Source of the DNA: Gemmatimonadota bacterium
GTDB taxonomy: Bacteria; Gemmatimonadota; Gemmatimonadetes; Gemmatimonadales; GWC2-71-9
DNA: 58,537 bases
Assembly: GCA_036679645.1 (NCBI GenBank)
Contig: JAZDCY010000002.1
Span: forward strand, 1-58,537
Direction of reading: 5' to 3'
This document shows positions 9,255 to 18,576 of the stretch, piece after piece (the stretch's first letter is position 1; the number at the start of each line of letters is the position of its first letter). The translations under genes were made by a program, and so were the position numbers. The notes beneath the pieces were generated by a model that did no database searches, was not told where the DNA came from, and saw only the letters and a list, made by a program, of their open reading frames with translations.

Positions 9255-10889
9255 CTACTGCTGCCGATGGTACCGCCATGCGACGGCCCCTCCCTCCTGG
9301 CGTCGCACGGAGATCGACTCGCGGCCCCGTGCGTCGAGCGCCGGGACCTCGACCTGCGCGCTGAACAAGACCACTCCCTCGGCGTCCAGGAACTCGAAGA
9401 CGATCGTAGTCGGTGGCAGCGGCTCCCGCGTGAGGTTCCGAATAGAACCAGCGAGGGAGGTTATCTCGTCACGCGCCATGAACTGGTTCACCGTGACGTT
9501 CCACTGAATTCCGCCGTCGGCGAGACCGAGGTAGTGGATGGTAGAATCCCGGTTTCCCTCGAGCGCAAACACCAGTGCCATGACGCGCACGCTGCGTGCG
9601 TTGAGCGGATCAACACCCATCAACCGTTCCGCCGTCGCGCGCAGATGGTCGGCGTCCTCGAGCGCGTAGTACGTATTGCCGAGGATCATCAGCGCATTGC
9701 GGTCGAACGGGTTCAGTGTTAGGGCTTTTTCAAGCAGCCTGGCCGCAGCCAAGTGCTGGCCCTCCGCATATAACGATTGCCCGCCCGTTACCAGTGCCAG
9801 ACGATCATCCGTCTCGAGCTCCACCACTAGCTCTACGAGCGCGTTCAGTTCGTCCCCGCGTCCCGTGATCGAGAACATGCGCGCCAGGCTCAACGACGCG
9901 GTCACGTCGTCCGGGTAGGCGGCCAGGTAAGTCTCATAGCTCTCGATCGCCGGATCGAGAGATGTGGCCACCGCTGTGCTGTCGGTGGTTGCGCGCTCGG
10001 CAAGGGAGTCGTGGGCCGCGCGCATCCTATCGATCTTGGTTGCGACGGCGGTCGATTCCTGTTCAAACGCCTGGCGCGAGGCGTCGTCCAGCCTGCGTCC
10101 AGCTTCCCGAATCTCCGCCACACGCCCGACCATCGCGGCGAGACGGGTCGAGTCGGTGTCGATCAGCTCGCTCACCGAGTCGCGTGACTGCCGGGTTTGT
10201 GGCGCCGTCAGTATTGCCTGATTCTCGTACGCTTTGGTCTCATATCCCCGAGCCAACTCCCGCAGTGCCTGTTTGAGGCGATCGGCGTGTGCGGTGTCGC
10301 TCTCCGCGGCCTCCTGCCCGATCGCGACGTACTTGGCAGCGGAGTCCAGCTCGTTCTGTGAGGAGTACATGATCGCTGTATAGAGCGGCACCTCGGCGTC
10401 CTCGGGGGCCAGGCGCGCGGCGAGCGCGAAGAAGTAGCCGGCCGAGTCCACCTTTCCCTCTCCCCACGTCCGCAGCGCGTCATTCAGCGGCATCACGGCC
10501 ACGCGCGACCGATACGTGGAGATGTCATCGGTGCAGTCTGGTGCCAGTTCCTGTGCCTGTCTGAACGCCGAGTCAGCTCCCGCCGGATCGGCTTTCATGA
10601 CGTAGTAGCGACCGAGGTAGTACCATGCCGCCGCGTTGTTCTCCTGACCCGCCTCGGTCAGCGCCTCAATGAGGACGCGGTGCGCTTCGGCCAGTCGTCC
10701 CTCGCGTTGGTCGGGGAAGTTCGACTCGGTGGCCTGTTTCAGGTACAACGTCGCGCCGCTGAGCAGGTAATGGCCGGCGTTTAGCTCGCACCCATCCGCG
10801 GGCCCATCCCATCGGCCTTGCGCGGTGAGGGGAGAGCTGAGAAGCGTACTGAGCGCAACGCCTAGGAGCGTGCGCCTGAGCGGGGACAT
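9255..10889 (-). CDS. exported TPR protein with C-terminal FxLYD-like beta domain
   Basis: Signal peptide (..PLTA-Q), TPRs (AWYYLGRYY), C-terminal GSIRN..FEFLDAEG..AWRY. Confidence 0.75.
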   Translation of the reverse strand: MSPLRRTLLGVALSTLLSSPLTAQGRWDGPADGCELNAGHYLLSGATLYLKQATESNFPDQREGRLAEAHRVLIEALTEAGQENNAAAWYYLGRYYVMKADPAGADSAFRQAQELAPDCTDDISTYRSRVAVMPLNDALRTWGEGKVDSAGYFFALAARLAPEDAEVPLYTAIMYSSQNELDSAAKYVAIGQEAAESDTAHADRLKQALRELARGYETKAYENQAILTAPQTRQSRDSVSELIDTDSTRLAAMVGRVAEIREAGRRLDDASRQAFEQESTAVATKIDRMRAAHDSLAERATTDSTAVATSLDPAIESYETYLAAYPDDVTASLSLARMFSITGRGDELNALVELVVELETDDRLALVTGGQSLYAEGQHLAAARLLEKALTLNPFDRNALMILGNTYYALEDADHLRATAERLMGVDPLNARSVRVMALVFALEGNRDSTIHYLGLADGGIQWNVTVNQFMARDEITSLAGSIRNLTREPLPPTTIVFEFLDAEGVVLFSAQVEVPALDARGRESISVRRQEGGAVAWRYHRQQ

Positions 10890-10978
10890 GCGCGCCTCCT
10901 GCGCGGGAACGAGCTACAAATAACGCGCGGGGCGCGAGTCGGCAACCGCGTGCCGGGGAGAGTCGTTCCTCCTCCCAG

Positions 10979-11050
<72 letters not shown>

Positions 11051-11053
11051 GTT

Positions 11054-11090
11054 GGGGCGGAGTATTGGTGTACTCCGCCCCGAGTGTCAA
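11054..11090 (-). promoter_or_regulatory. putative tRNA promoter overlapping an 11-bp inverted repeat
   Basis: TTGACA (11090-11085), 18 bp spacer, AATACT (11066-11061); inverted repeat GGGGCGGAGTA/TACTCCGCCCC at 11054-11081. Confidence 0.5.
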
Positions 11091-11099
11091 GCTACCCGA

Positions 11100-12524
11100 T
11101 CAGGAGTTGAGCGAGTACCTCCACGCGGCGATCGTCTCCGACGAGGCACGGATCCCGATGGGTGCGCCCCCTCCCTCCTCGAGCGTCTGAGCCGGGATCT
11201 GCGTTGACTCCACGACTTCGCCCGCCGCGTCGAGGAATTCGAAGGTCAGTGCCGGTACGGCGGCCTCGACGTCGGACTGGTTGGTGATGAGCCCGCGCAG
11301 TTCGTAACCGCCGTCCGACTCCGAACGGAACACACTGATGGTGACGTCGAACGTCATCTGCTCGATGCGCTCGAGCGTAGCCACTGTGGAGTCGTCTACC
11401 CTGCGGAGGAGATACGACGCGGCCAGCAGGCGCATGGCGGTGGTCGATGCAGGATCCACTGCTATGAGCCGCTCGGCAATGGGCTGCATCCTCTCGCCGA
11501 GTTCGGCCCTCTGGGCGTCGGCATCTTCATCGGTGAGGCCAGAATCGAGCTGTGACATTCGGAAATAGGTATTGGCAAGGTTGTACAAGGCGTCCCGGAA
11601 ATACGGGTTCCTTTCGAGTCCTGCATGGAACGCCTGCGCCGCCAGTTCGTAGCGCGCCGCGCGGAACATCGCCGCCCCTGTTTCGAAGAGTTGCAACGCC
11701 GGTATCGCTTCTGCCTGGATGAGCACCGAATCGTAGAGCGCCAACGCGTCATTCTCGTGGCCGGCCCGCGAGAGGGCGGTCGCCTGGGCTGTCATGGCCT
11801 GGTAGTCGTCCGGTTTGATCCTCCGATACCGCTGGAACCACACCACTGCCGAGTCGTATTTGTGCTCGTTGTTGTAGAGCACCGCGACGTTGAACGATGC
11901 GCGTTCGGGGATGTCGGCGAACTCTTCCTCGTCGCGGTTCTCTTCGCGGTTCGCGATCTCGATGGCGAGTGTGTAGTTCGCGATGGCGCTGTCGTTCTGC
12001 TGACTGTTCTGGTGTGCTTGTCCCAAGTAGTAGTAACTCATCGGCTCCGCATCGAAGATCTCGTTGGCCGTACGGAACTCGGCTTTGGCGGCGTCCCATT
12101 CACTCGCGCGCAGCGCGTCGACCCCACGATTCAGGATCGGGACCCAGAGACGGCGCCGGTGCGAAAGGATGTCGTCCATGCACTGTGGCGCGCCGACGAG
12201 GGCCTTGTCCCACGACGAATCTGCGCCTGCGAGGTCGTGCTGGATGGCGTACCAGCGGCCCATCAGGTACCACACGGCGGCATCGTTGCCGTGATCCTCG
12301 TCGATAGCCTGCGTCAGGACCCGGTGCGCGTCGCGCAGGTCGCGCTCGCGTTGATCCTGGTGGCGGGTGCGGCCCGCACTGCGCAAGTACAAACGCGCGC
12401 TGTTGACCAGATAGTGTCCGGTGTTGAGTTCGCACTCGATCGGGATCCAATTCTGGGCAACGGCGGTAGATGCCGTCACCATCAGCATCGTGGCGAGCGC
12501 AATCCCAAGCGCCAGCGTTTTCAT
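11100..12524 (-). CDS. exported TPR protein with C-terminal FxLYD-like domain (paralog of 9255..10889)
   Basis: GAGGAG RBS before ATG 12524, signal peptide AVA-Q, TPR repeats, FEFLDAAG..AWRY. Confidence 0.75.
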   Translation of the reverse strand: MKTLALGIALATMLMVTASTAVAQNWIPIECELNTGHYLVNSARLYLRSAGRTRHQDQRERDLRDAHRVLTQAIDEDHGNDAAVWYLMGRWYAIQHDLAGADSSWDKALVGAPQCMDDILSHRRRLWVPILNRGVDALRASEWDAAKAEFRTANEIFDAEPMSYYYLGQAHQNSQQNDSAIANYTLAIEIANREENRDEEEFADIPERASFNVAVLYNNEHKYDSAVVWFQRYRRIKPDDYQAMTAQATALSRAGHENDALALYDSVLIQAEAIPALQLFETGAAMFRAARYELAAQAFHAGLERNPYFRDALYNLANTYFRMSQLDSGLTDEDADAQRAELGERMQPIAERLIAVDPASTTAMRLLAASYLLRRVDDSTVATLERIEQMTFDVTISVFRSESDGGYELRGLITNQSDVEAAVPALTFEFLDAAGEVVESTQIPAQTLEEGGGAPIGIRASSETIAAWRYSLNS

Positions 12525-12553
12525 GCTTGCTCCTCGGTTGTCTTTCATGACTG

Positions 12554-13741
12554 TTAGTTGTCCGCTGCCTCATTCACGCTCATCGCGGCCCGCTGCTCGG
12601 CCTCTCGCGCCACGTCCAATGCGGGGCGCCCGAGTTGGGCGGCGGCCGCCGCAACGTCGTCGAACTCCGCTTTCATTCGTTGCCCGGAAGGGCCGTCCCA
12701 TACCTTGATCCGTACACGAACGTTGGGGAGAAGCTCCACAAAAAACTCTCGTCGCGGAAGGGTCTGGCGCAAGAAAGTTCCATAGCGCACTCCCCCCGTC
12801 GTACTGTGTTGGAACAACGTTGCCGTTACCGCGGCCACCAGGCTCGTTGGCACCAGCGCTTCGACCCGCGTGCTCATACGACCCTTCTTGCCGTAGGTTG
12901 GCCACGACACACACTCCACGGCGCCCGCATCGAGCACAGCCTGGCGGAGCGGTTCCATATACTCGGGGCTCAGGTCGTCGATATCTGTAGCGATCACCTC
13001 GATGGCCCCAGCCTCGGTCGCGGCCTCGGCGAGCATCAACCGCAGTGCGTTCGGGTACGCCGCCGGGTCTCGCTGACCCGCCCCCCACCCCGTGTGCGTG
13101 AGACGCCACCGCTCCGGCGGCGGTCCCTGTGACAACGCCCGCAGCAACGCGGCGCCCGTCGGGGTCGTCGCTTCGCCCTCGACCGGCGCCCGTCTCGAGA
13201 CCTCGAGGCCCTCGAGGAGCAGCCCGGTTGCGGGTGCGGGGACCGGCAGGTTACCGTGCGCCGCTTGGATCCATCCGGAACCCACCGCGGGCGGGAGATG
13301 GTAGATCGCCTCGACGCCCAGTTGCTCGAAGCCCTCCGCTGCCCCGACGATGTCGAGCACCGCATCGACCGCGCCGACCTCGTGCAGGTGGACGTGGTCC
13401 GGGGCGCAGCCGTGCACCCTGCCCTCCGCGTCGCCCACCAGCCGAAAGGTCTCGACCGCCCGTTCCCGGACCCACGACGAGACCGGGGCGCGCTCGACGA
13501 TGGCGATCAGCTCGCCGACGTGCCGCCCCGGGGACTCGGCATGCTCGGGAATCTGAAACTGCACCTGGGTGGCGACGAGCGACGACCGCGTGACACGGTC
13601 GATTCTTACACCGACGTCGGGAAACCCCAGTCGGCCGGGTAGCTCGGTGAGCCACTCAGGCGGCGCCCCGGCGTCGATGAGAGCGCCAAGCGTCATGTCG
13701 CCGCTGATCCCCGCAGCGGGGTCCAGAATCGCAATGGTCAT
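12554..13741 (-). CDS. larC: LarC (DUF111) nickel insertion protein
   Basis: GISGDMTLGAL, HLHEVGAVDAVLDIVG, HGNLPVPAPAT, TTPTGAALL, KKGR, STTGGVR. Confidence 0.9.
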   Translation of the reverse strand: MTIAILDPAAGISGDMTLGALIDAGAPPEWLTELPGRLGFPDVGVRIDRVTRSSLVATQVQFQIPEHAESPGRHVGELIAIVERAPVSSWVRERAVETFRLVGDAEGRVHGCAPDHVHLHEVGAVDAVLDIVGAAEGFEQLGVEAIYHLPPAVGSGWIQAAHGNLPVPAPATGLLLEGLEVSRRAPVEGEATTPTGAALLRALSQGPPPERWRLTHTGWGAGQRDPAAYPNALRLMLAEAATEAGAIEVIATDIDDLSPEYMEPLRQAVLDAGAVECVSWPTYGKKGRMSTRVEALVPTSLVAAVTATLFQHSTTGGVRYGTFLRQTLPRREFFVELLPNVRVRIKVWDGPSGQRMKAEFDDVAAAAAQLGRPALDVAREAEQRAAMSVNEAADN

Positions 13742-13773
13742 TTGAGGGGCCAATCCAGAAATATCGCCAGCGC

Positions 13774-14925
13774 TCAGCGGTAAAGCCACCCGGCCCCGGT
13801 GTTGAAGAGCACGACCCGTTCCTCGGGCCGGATCAGCTTGCGCCGAACCAACTCCGCCAGGGCGGCGACCGTGGCCCCGCCCTCGGGACAGGCGTCGATG
13901 CCTTCCCCCTCAGAGAGCCGGCGCGCGGCGTCACGCAGGTCCTCATCGGAAACCGCGAGGGCGGCCCCACCCGTCTCGCGCACGCCCCGCAGCACGAGCG
14001 CCCCGCCGAGCGGGTGCGGAACGCGGAGCCCGCTCGCGATGGTCTGGGGCGATTCCCACTCTTCGGTGCTTGCGGCGCCAGCATCGTAGGCCCGGACGAC
14101 CGGCGCGCATCCCGCGGCCTGCACGCTGTATAGCCGCGCGGCGCAATCGGGTAGGATCCACCCGGCCTCACGCAGCTCCGCAAACGCCTTCCACATCCCG
14201 ATCAATCCGGTACCGCCCCCCGTGGGATACACGATGGCATCCGGGAGATCCCAGGCGAACTGCTCGGCGATCTCGAGCCCGAGCGTTTTCTTCCCCTCGA
14301 TACGGTAAGGTTCCCGCAGCGTGGAGACGTCGAATGCGCCCGACTCCTTGGCAAACGCGCGGGCCTGCCGCCCGCAATCACCAATGTGCCCGTCCCCCAG
14401 GACGACGGTCCCACCGTGCACGCTGACCTGCTCGAGGAGACGTGGCGGTGTCGTGCGTGGCGCGAACACATGCACGGGCTTTCCCGCTCGGGCGCCGTAC
14501 GCGCTCAGCGCTACGCCGGCGTTACCGGCAGTTGGCGTCGTGAAGGCATGTGCGCCGCCGGCCACCGCGCGCGTCACTGCAGCCGAGAGCCCACGGGCCT
14601 TGAAGGAGCCGGTCGGGTTCTGCGCCTCATCCTTGATCCAGACGTTCGCGACCCCGGTGTACTCCTCGACCGAACGTGCACGCAGGAGGGGCGTCATGCC
14701 TTCTCCAAGCGAGACGGGCTCTTCGTCATCGTCAAGCGGAAGCCATTCACGGTACCGCCACATCGTGGGCGGCCGTTCAGCCAGCAGATCCCGCGCCGAC
14801 GGGTTCGGAAGGGATGCGTAGGTGACCAGCCAGGGTGCCCCGCATGCGGGACACACTGTCGGTAACCCGGTGGCGTCATGCGTTTCGTCACATGCGGAAC
14901 AGGAAAGCTGCCACGAGTGCGTCAT
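13774..14925 (-). CDS. thrC: threonine synthase (PLP-dependent)
   Basis: N-terminal CxxC..CxxC, LGEGMTPL, NPTGSFKARG, YRIEGKKT, PTGGG. Confidence 0.88.
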   Translation of the reverse strand: MTHSWQLSCSACDETHDATGLPTVCPACGAPWLVTYASLPNPSARDLLAERPPTMWRYREWLPLDDDEEPVSLGEGMTPLLRARSVEEYTGVANVWIKDEAQNPTGSFKARGLSAAVTRAVAGGAHAFTTPTAGNAGVALSAYGARAGKPVHVFAPRTTPPRLLEQVSVHGGTVVLGDGHIGDCGRQARAFAKESGAFDVSTLREPYRIEGKKTLGLEIAEQFAWDLPDAIVYPTGGGTGLIGMWKAFAELREAGWILPDCAARLYSVQAAGCAPVVRAYDAGAASTEEWESPQTIASGLRVPHPLGGALVLRGVRETGGAALAVSDEDLRDAARRLSEGEGIDACPEGGATVAALAELVRRKLIRPEERVVLFNTGAGWLYR

Positions 14926-16715
14926 GAGCGTACGTGGTGCAGGATACGTTCGGCCAGCGTCTGGGAGATACCCGGGAGTGTTGCGAGTTCGTCGATACTT
15001 GCGAGCCGGACACCGGCGAGGCTGCCGAACCGTTCGAGTAGGAGACGTCGGCGTGCTGGTCCGATGCCGGGAATATTCATGAGTTCCGAGGTGACCGTCC
15101 GTGCCGCCCGGCGCTGGCGGTTGAAGGTCACCGCGAACCGATGTGCCTCGTCCCGGGCCCGTTGCAGCAGCCGCAGCGACGGGGCCCTGCGCGGCAGTCT
15201 CAGGCTACGGTCACGACCTGGCAGGAACACCTCCTCATCGTGCTTCGCAAGCGCAGCAAGGACGATTCCTTCTACACCCATTTCAGCGAGCGCGTGTCGT
15301 GCTGCTCCGAGCTGACCGCGGCCTCCGTCGATCAGCATCATGTCCGGGAGCGGTTTATCCTCGTCACGCCGCCTGGTGACGTATCGCGTGACCACCTCGC
15401 GAATGGCAGCGTAGTCGTCAGGATGATCCGCCTGCTCGGCCGCGCCGCCGGAGCCTCGAATCTTGAACTTGCGGTATTCGCTCTTCTTGGGTCGGCCACC
15501 CTCGAACCAGATGAGACTCCCGACCGTGTCGCGTCCCTGACTGGTCGAGATATCGATACAGACCATGCTCCGCGGTACGGCGGTCAGGCCCAGGTCGCGC
15601 CCCAGCGCGTAGACGGGATCCTCGACGCGCTCGTCGGTTTCGAGTGCCTCAATGCGAAAGCTCTCCAGCGAGTGACGTGCATTCTGATCGGCAAGATCCA
15701 CCAGGCGGCGGAACCTTCCTCGTTGCGGAGTGAGCCACGTCGTCTCGGGGGCAAGCGCCGCCACCGACTCGAAATCGCCGGGGAGAAAGGGGAGTATAGT
15801 GTGGTGCGCACGCCCATCGAGCGACAGGTACGAGCGCACGAGAAAGGCGCCGAGCACTGTCTCATCGGGTTCCTCTGCAAGATTGTGCAGGAACCGTTGA
15901 TCGCGCGCGATCACCTTGCCGTCCCGTACGCGGATGATCGCGACAGATGCATCATCGCCGTCACGCGCGAAACCAATTGCATCGGCGTCGCCACCGCCGA
16001 CGTGTTCCACGTCGGGCGGGCGCTCGAGTTGTTCCAGCCACCGGATGGAGTTGCGCAGTCCCGCTGCCCGCTCGAAATCGAGCGCGTCCGACGCCGCGTC
16101 CATTCGCTCGCGCAGCCGGGTGCGCACCTCGACGGTGCGGCCTTCGAGAAACGCGAGGACATCCCCGATCATTTCGCGATACGCGCTCTGTGTCTGGTAG
16201 CCGACGCATGGCGCCAGACGGGCCTCGCGTAGCAGGTCGTAAGGACACGATCGCACCGTGAAGATGCGTCGAATAACCCTGAGTGTGCGCCGCAGGGCGC
16301 TGACATCGGTGTATGGTCCGAAGTATCGTGCGCCTGGAATGGTGACACGCCGCACGACGAGCACCCGCGGGAAGGCTTCGTTGAGAGTGACCGCAATGGA
16401 GGGATAGCTCTTGTCGTCTCGCAGTTGGATGTTGAAGCGTGGGTCGTGCTCCTTGATCAGATTGTTCTCCAAGAGGAGCGCCTGCGCTTCGGACGGCACG
16501 ACGATCGTATCGAGGTCGGCGAGAACAGCGAGCAGCATGCGGTGCTTCGGCGAGTGGTTGGCATCCGACCGGAAGTAACTTCGCACGCGCTGCCGCAGCC
16601 GTTTGGCCTTCCCCACGTAGACGACGTTGCCGTGACTGTCCTTCCACAGGTAGACACCGGGTTGGTCCGGCAGCGTCGCGAGCTTGCGCTGAATGAGTTC
16701 GGGGGTATCGGTCAT
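14922..16715 (-). CDS. uvrC: excinuclease ABC subunit C
   Basis: GIY-YIG (GVY..YVGKAK.LRQRVRSYF), UVR, RNase H-like (DIS, DGGRGQ, RDEAHRFA), HhH; Cys-rich motif incomplete. Confidence 0.95.
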   Translation of the reverse strand: MTDTPELIQRKLATLPDQPGVYLWKDSHGNVVYVGKAKRLRQRVRSYFRSDANHSPKHRMLLAVLADLDTIVVPSEAQALLLENNLIKEHDPRFNIQLRDDKSYPSIAVTLNEAFPRVLVVRRVTIPGARYFGPYTDVSALRRTLRVIRRIFTVRSCPYDLLREARLAPCVGYQTQSAYREMIGDVLAFLEGRTVEVRTRLRERMDAASDALDFERAAGLRNSIRWLEQLERPPDVEHVGGGDADAIGFARDGDDASVAIIRVRDGKVIARDQRFLHNLAEEPDETVLGAFLVRSYLSLDGRAHHTILPFLPGDFESVAALAPETTWLTPQRGRFRRLVDLADQNARHSLESFRIEALETDERVEDPVYALGRDLGLTAVPRSMVCIDISTSQGRDTVGSLIWFEGGRPKKSEYRKFKIRGSGGAAEQADHPDDYAAIREVVTRYVTRRRDEDKPLPDMMLIDGGRGQLGAARHALAEMGVEGIVLAALAKHDEEVFLPGRDRSLRLPRRAPSLRLLQRARDEAHRFAVTFNRQRRAARTVTSELMNIPGIGPARRRLLLERFGSLAGVRLASIDELATLPGISQTLAERILHHVRS

Positions 16716-16742
16716 CCGTGCGTCGCGGCGTCGTGTCTCCCG

Positions 16743-18284
16743 TTACCGCCCGGCGCGCGCCGTGAGGCGATCGACAATGCGGTGCGCTTCGGGGTGTCCA
16801 AGGGCGAGGGTTGTGAACCCGTAAAGTAACCCGAATGCGGCGAGTCCCCCGAGGCAGAGCACCCAGGCCGGCTGTGATCCGGCGAGCCAAGCTAGGCCCT
16901 CCGTCCCAGCGGATGCAAGGACGACGCCCGCCAGAATGGCCGCGAGCGGTTTGCGGTGGGACGGGTCGATGATAGGCCCGACACGCCGGCTCAGCCCCTT
17001 GGCGAGGAGGAAGACGTTCACGTACGCGCCCGTTGCAGCGCCGAGTGCAATGCCGGCCGGTCCCAGAACCTGCATCAGCAGCACGGCGAGACCTGCTGAG
17101 ACGGTCACTGAGAGAGCTGCTATCCGCACGGGCGTGCGCGTGTCGCCGATGGCATAGAACCCGGAGGCAAACAGCTTGACCGTTGCCTGGCCGAACAGGC
17201 CGATGGCGTACGCGGCGAGCACGCCAGCCGCAATCGCGGTGTCATTCTCATCGAATCGACCCGTCTGGAAGAGCGTTGCGATGATCGGTACGGCGAGCAA
17301 CGCGAATGCGAATGCGGACGGGAAAACGTAATACGCCAGCCGCGCGGCACCGCTCGAGAGCCGGTTCCGCAAAGTCTCTGTGTCCGCACCGGCAGCATCC
17401 CGCGCCAGGTCCGGCAGCGCCGCGGCTGCGACCGAGACGCCGAACAGCGAGACGGGGAGCACGGCCACGAGCTGCGCGTATCCCAGTACGGCGACCGCGC
17501 CTCCTCCGAGGAGCGAGGCTAGTTGTGTGTCGACTACGCCCGAGATTTGGACGACGCCCGCCCCGGCCACGACCGGTCCCCAGGCGCGGAACACGGCGGT
17601 CACGCCCGTGCGGTGTCGGTCGAGGCTCCAATCGATGCGCCGCACGTATCCGAGGACGGAGGGCAACTGCACCAGCAATTGGAGTAGGCTTCCCAACAGC
17701 GCGCCCACGGCCAGACCCATGACGAGGGGGGCGCCTACCAGCGAGCCGCCAAGTGCCACGAGTGCCGTGATCTGCGCAATGTTCCACAGCGAGGGGGCGG
17801 CGTAAGACAAGAAGAAACGCCCGTGAGTGTTCAGGATGCCGAGGCACCAAGCAGACAGGATGAGCACGCCTCCCATGGGGAACAGGATGCGCACGAGTCG
17901 GATCGTGAGGTCGCGGCGAGGCGTGTCGAACCCGGGCGCCACGAGATCCGTGATGACGGGTGCCAGCAGTACACCCGCGCCGGTAGCCAATATTGTGATC
18001 AGCAGCAGGAACGAGATGACGGTACCGGCCAGCCGTCGCGCGTCCTCCTCATCGCCCCGTGCGAGCATCCGGGCGTACACGGGGATGAAGGAGGCCGAAA
18101 GCGTGCCCTCACCCAGCAGGTTGCGGATAACACCTGGAATCCGGAGCGCTGCGCGGTAAGCGTCCGCAAAGGCGGAGCTTCCGAAGTAGTGCGCGAACAC
18201 GCGTTCCCGCACGAAGCCGAGGATGCGTGTGACGAGGATGCCGGCGGCTACGCGGGCGGCGGGCTGCCCTTTGGCCGGCGGCAT
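16743..18284 (-). CDS. murJ: lipid II flippase MurJ
   Basis: RILGFVRE, LLGEGTLSASFIP, FYAIGDTRTP; multi-TM. Confidence 0.95.
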   Translation of the reverse strand: MPPAKGQPAARVAAGILVTRILGFVRERVFAHYFGSSAFADAYRAALRIPGVIRNLLGEGTLSASFIPVYARMLARGDEEDARRLAGTVISFLLLITILATGAGVLLAPVITDLVAPGFDTPRRDLTIRLVRILFPMGGVLILSAWCLGILNTHGRFFLSYAAPSLWNIAQITALVALGGSLVGAPLVMGLAVGALLGSLLQLLVQLPSVLGYVRRIDWSLDRHRTGVTAVFRAWGPVVAGAGVVQISGVVDTQLASLLGGGAVAVLGYAQLVAVLPVSLFGVSVAAAALPDLARDAAGADTETLRNRLSSGAARLAYYVFPSAFAFALLAVPIIATLFQTGRFDENDTAIAAGVLAAYAIGLFGQATVKLFASGFYAIGDTRTPVRIAALSVTVSAGLAVLLMQVLGPAGIALGAATGAYVNVFLLAKGLSRRVGPIIDPSHRKPLAAILAGVVLASAGTEGLAWLAGSQPAWVLCLGGLAAFGLLYGFTTLALGHPEAHRIVDRLTARAGR

Positions 18285-18288
18285 GTGA

Positions 18289-18567
18289 TCAGCTGGATGG
18301 CGGAAGCTTCGGGGGCGGATTGTCCTCGAGCAGATGCTGGAGGAACTGTGTCTCTTCCCTCAACTGCCCCATGGCGCGGCCGAGATCGTCGACCTCCCCC
18401 TCCAGAACGCCGACCCGTTTTCGCAACTCTTCCGCTGCGCCTTCTTGCAGTGCGGCCCCGCGCCGCGACTCGGCGAGTTTCTGCACGAACGGCGAGTCGA
18501 GCACGATCGCGAGGATCGGGATGAGCAGTGCCACCATGACGATGAGGAACGCGACGACCCAGAGCAT
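18289..18567 (-). CDS. small membrane protein with coiled coil
   Basis: N-terminal TM followed by heptad region; fits operon spacing. Confidence 0.65.
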   Translation of the reverse strand: MLWVVAFLIVMVALLIPILAIVLDSPFVQKLAESRRGAALQEGAAEELRKRVGVLEGEVDDLGRAMGQLREETQFLQHLLEDNPPPKLPPSS

Positions 18568-18576
18568 ACGCGGATA

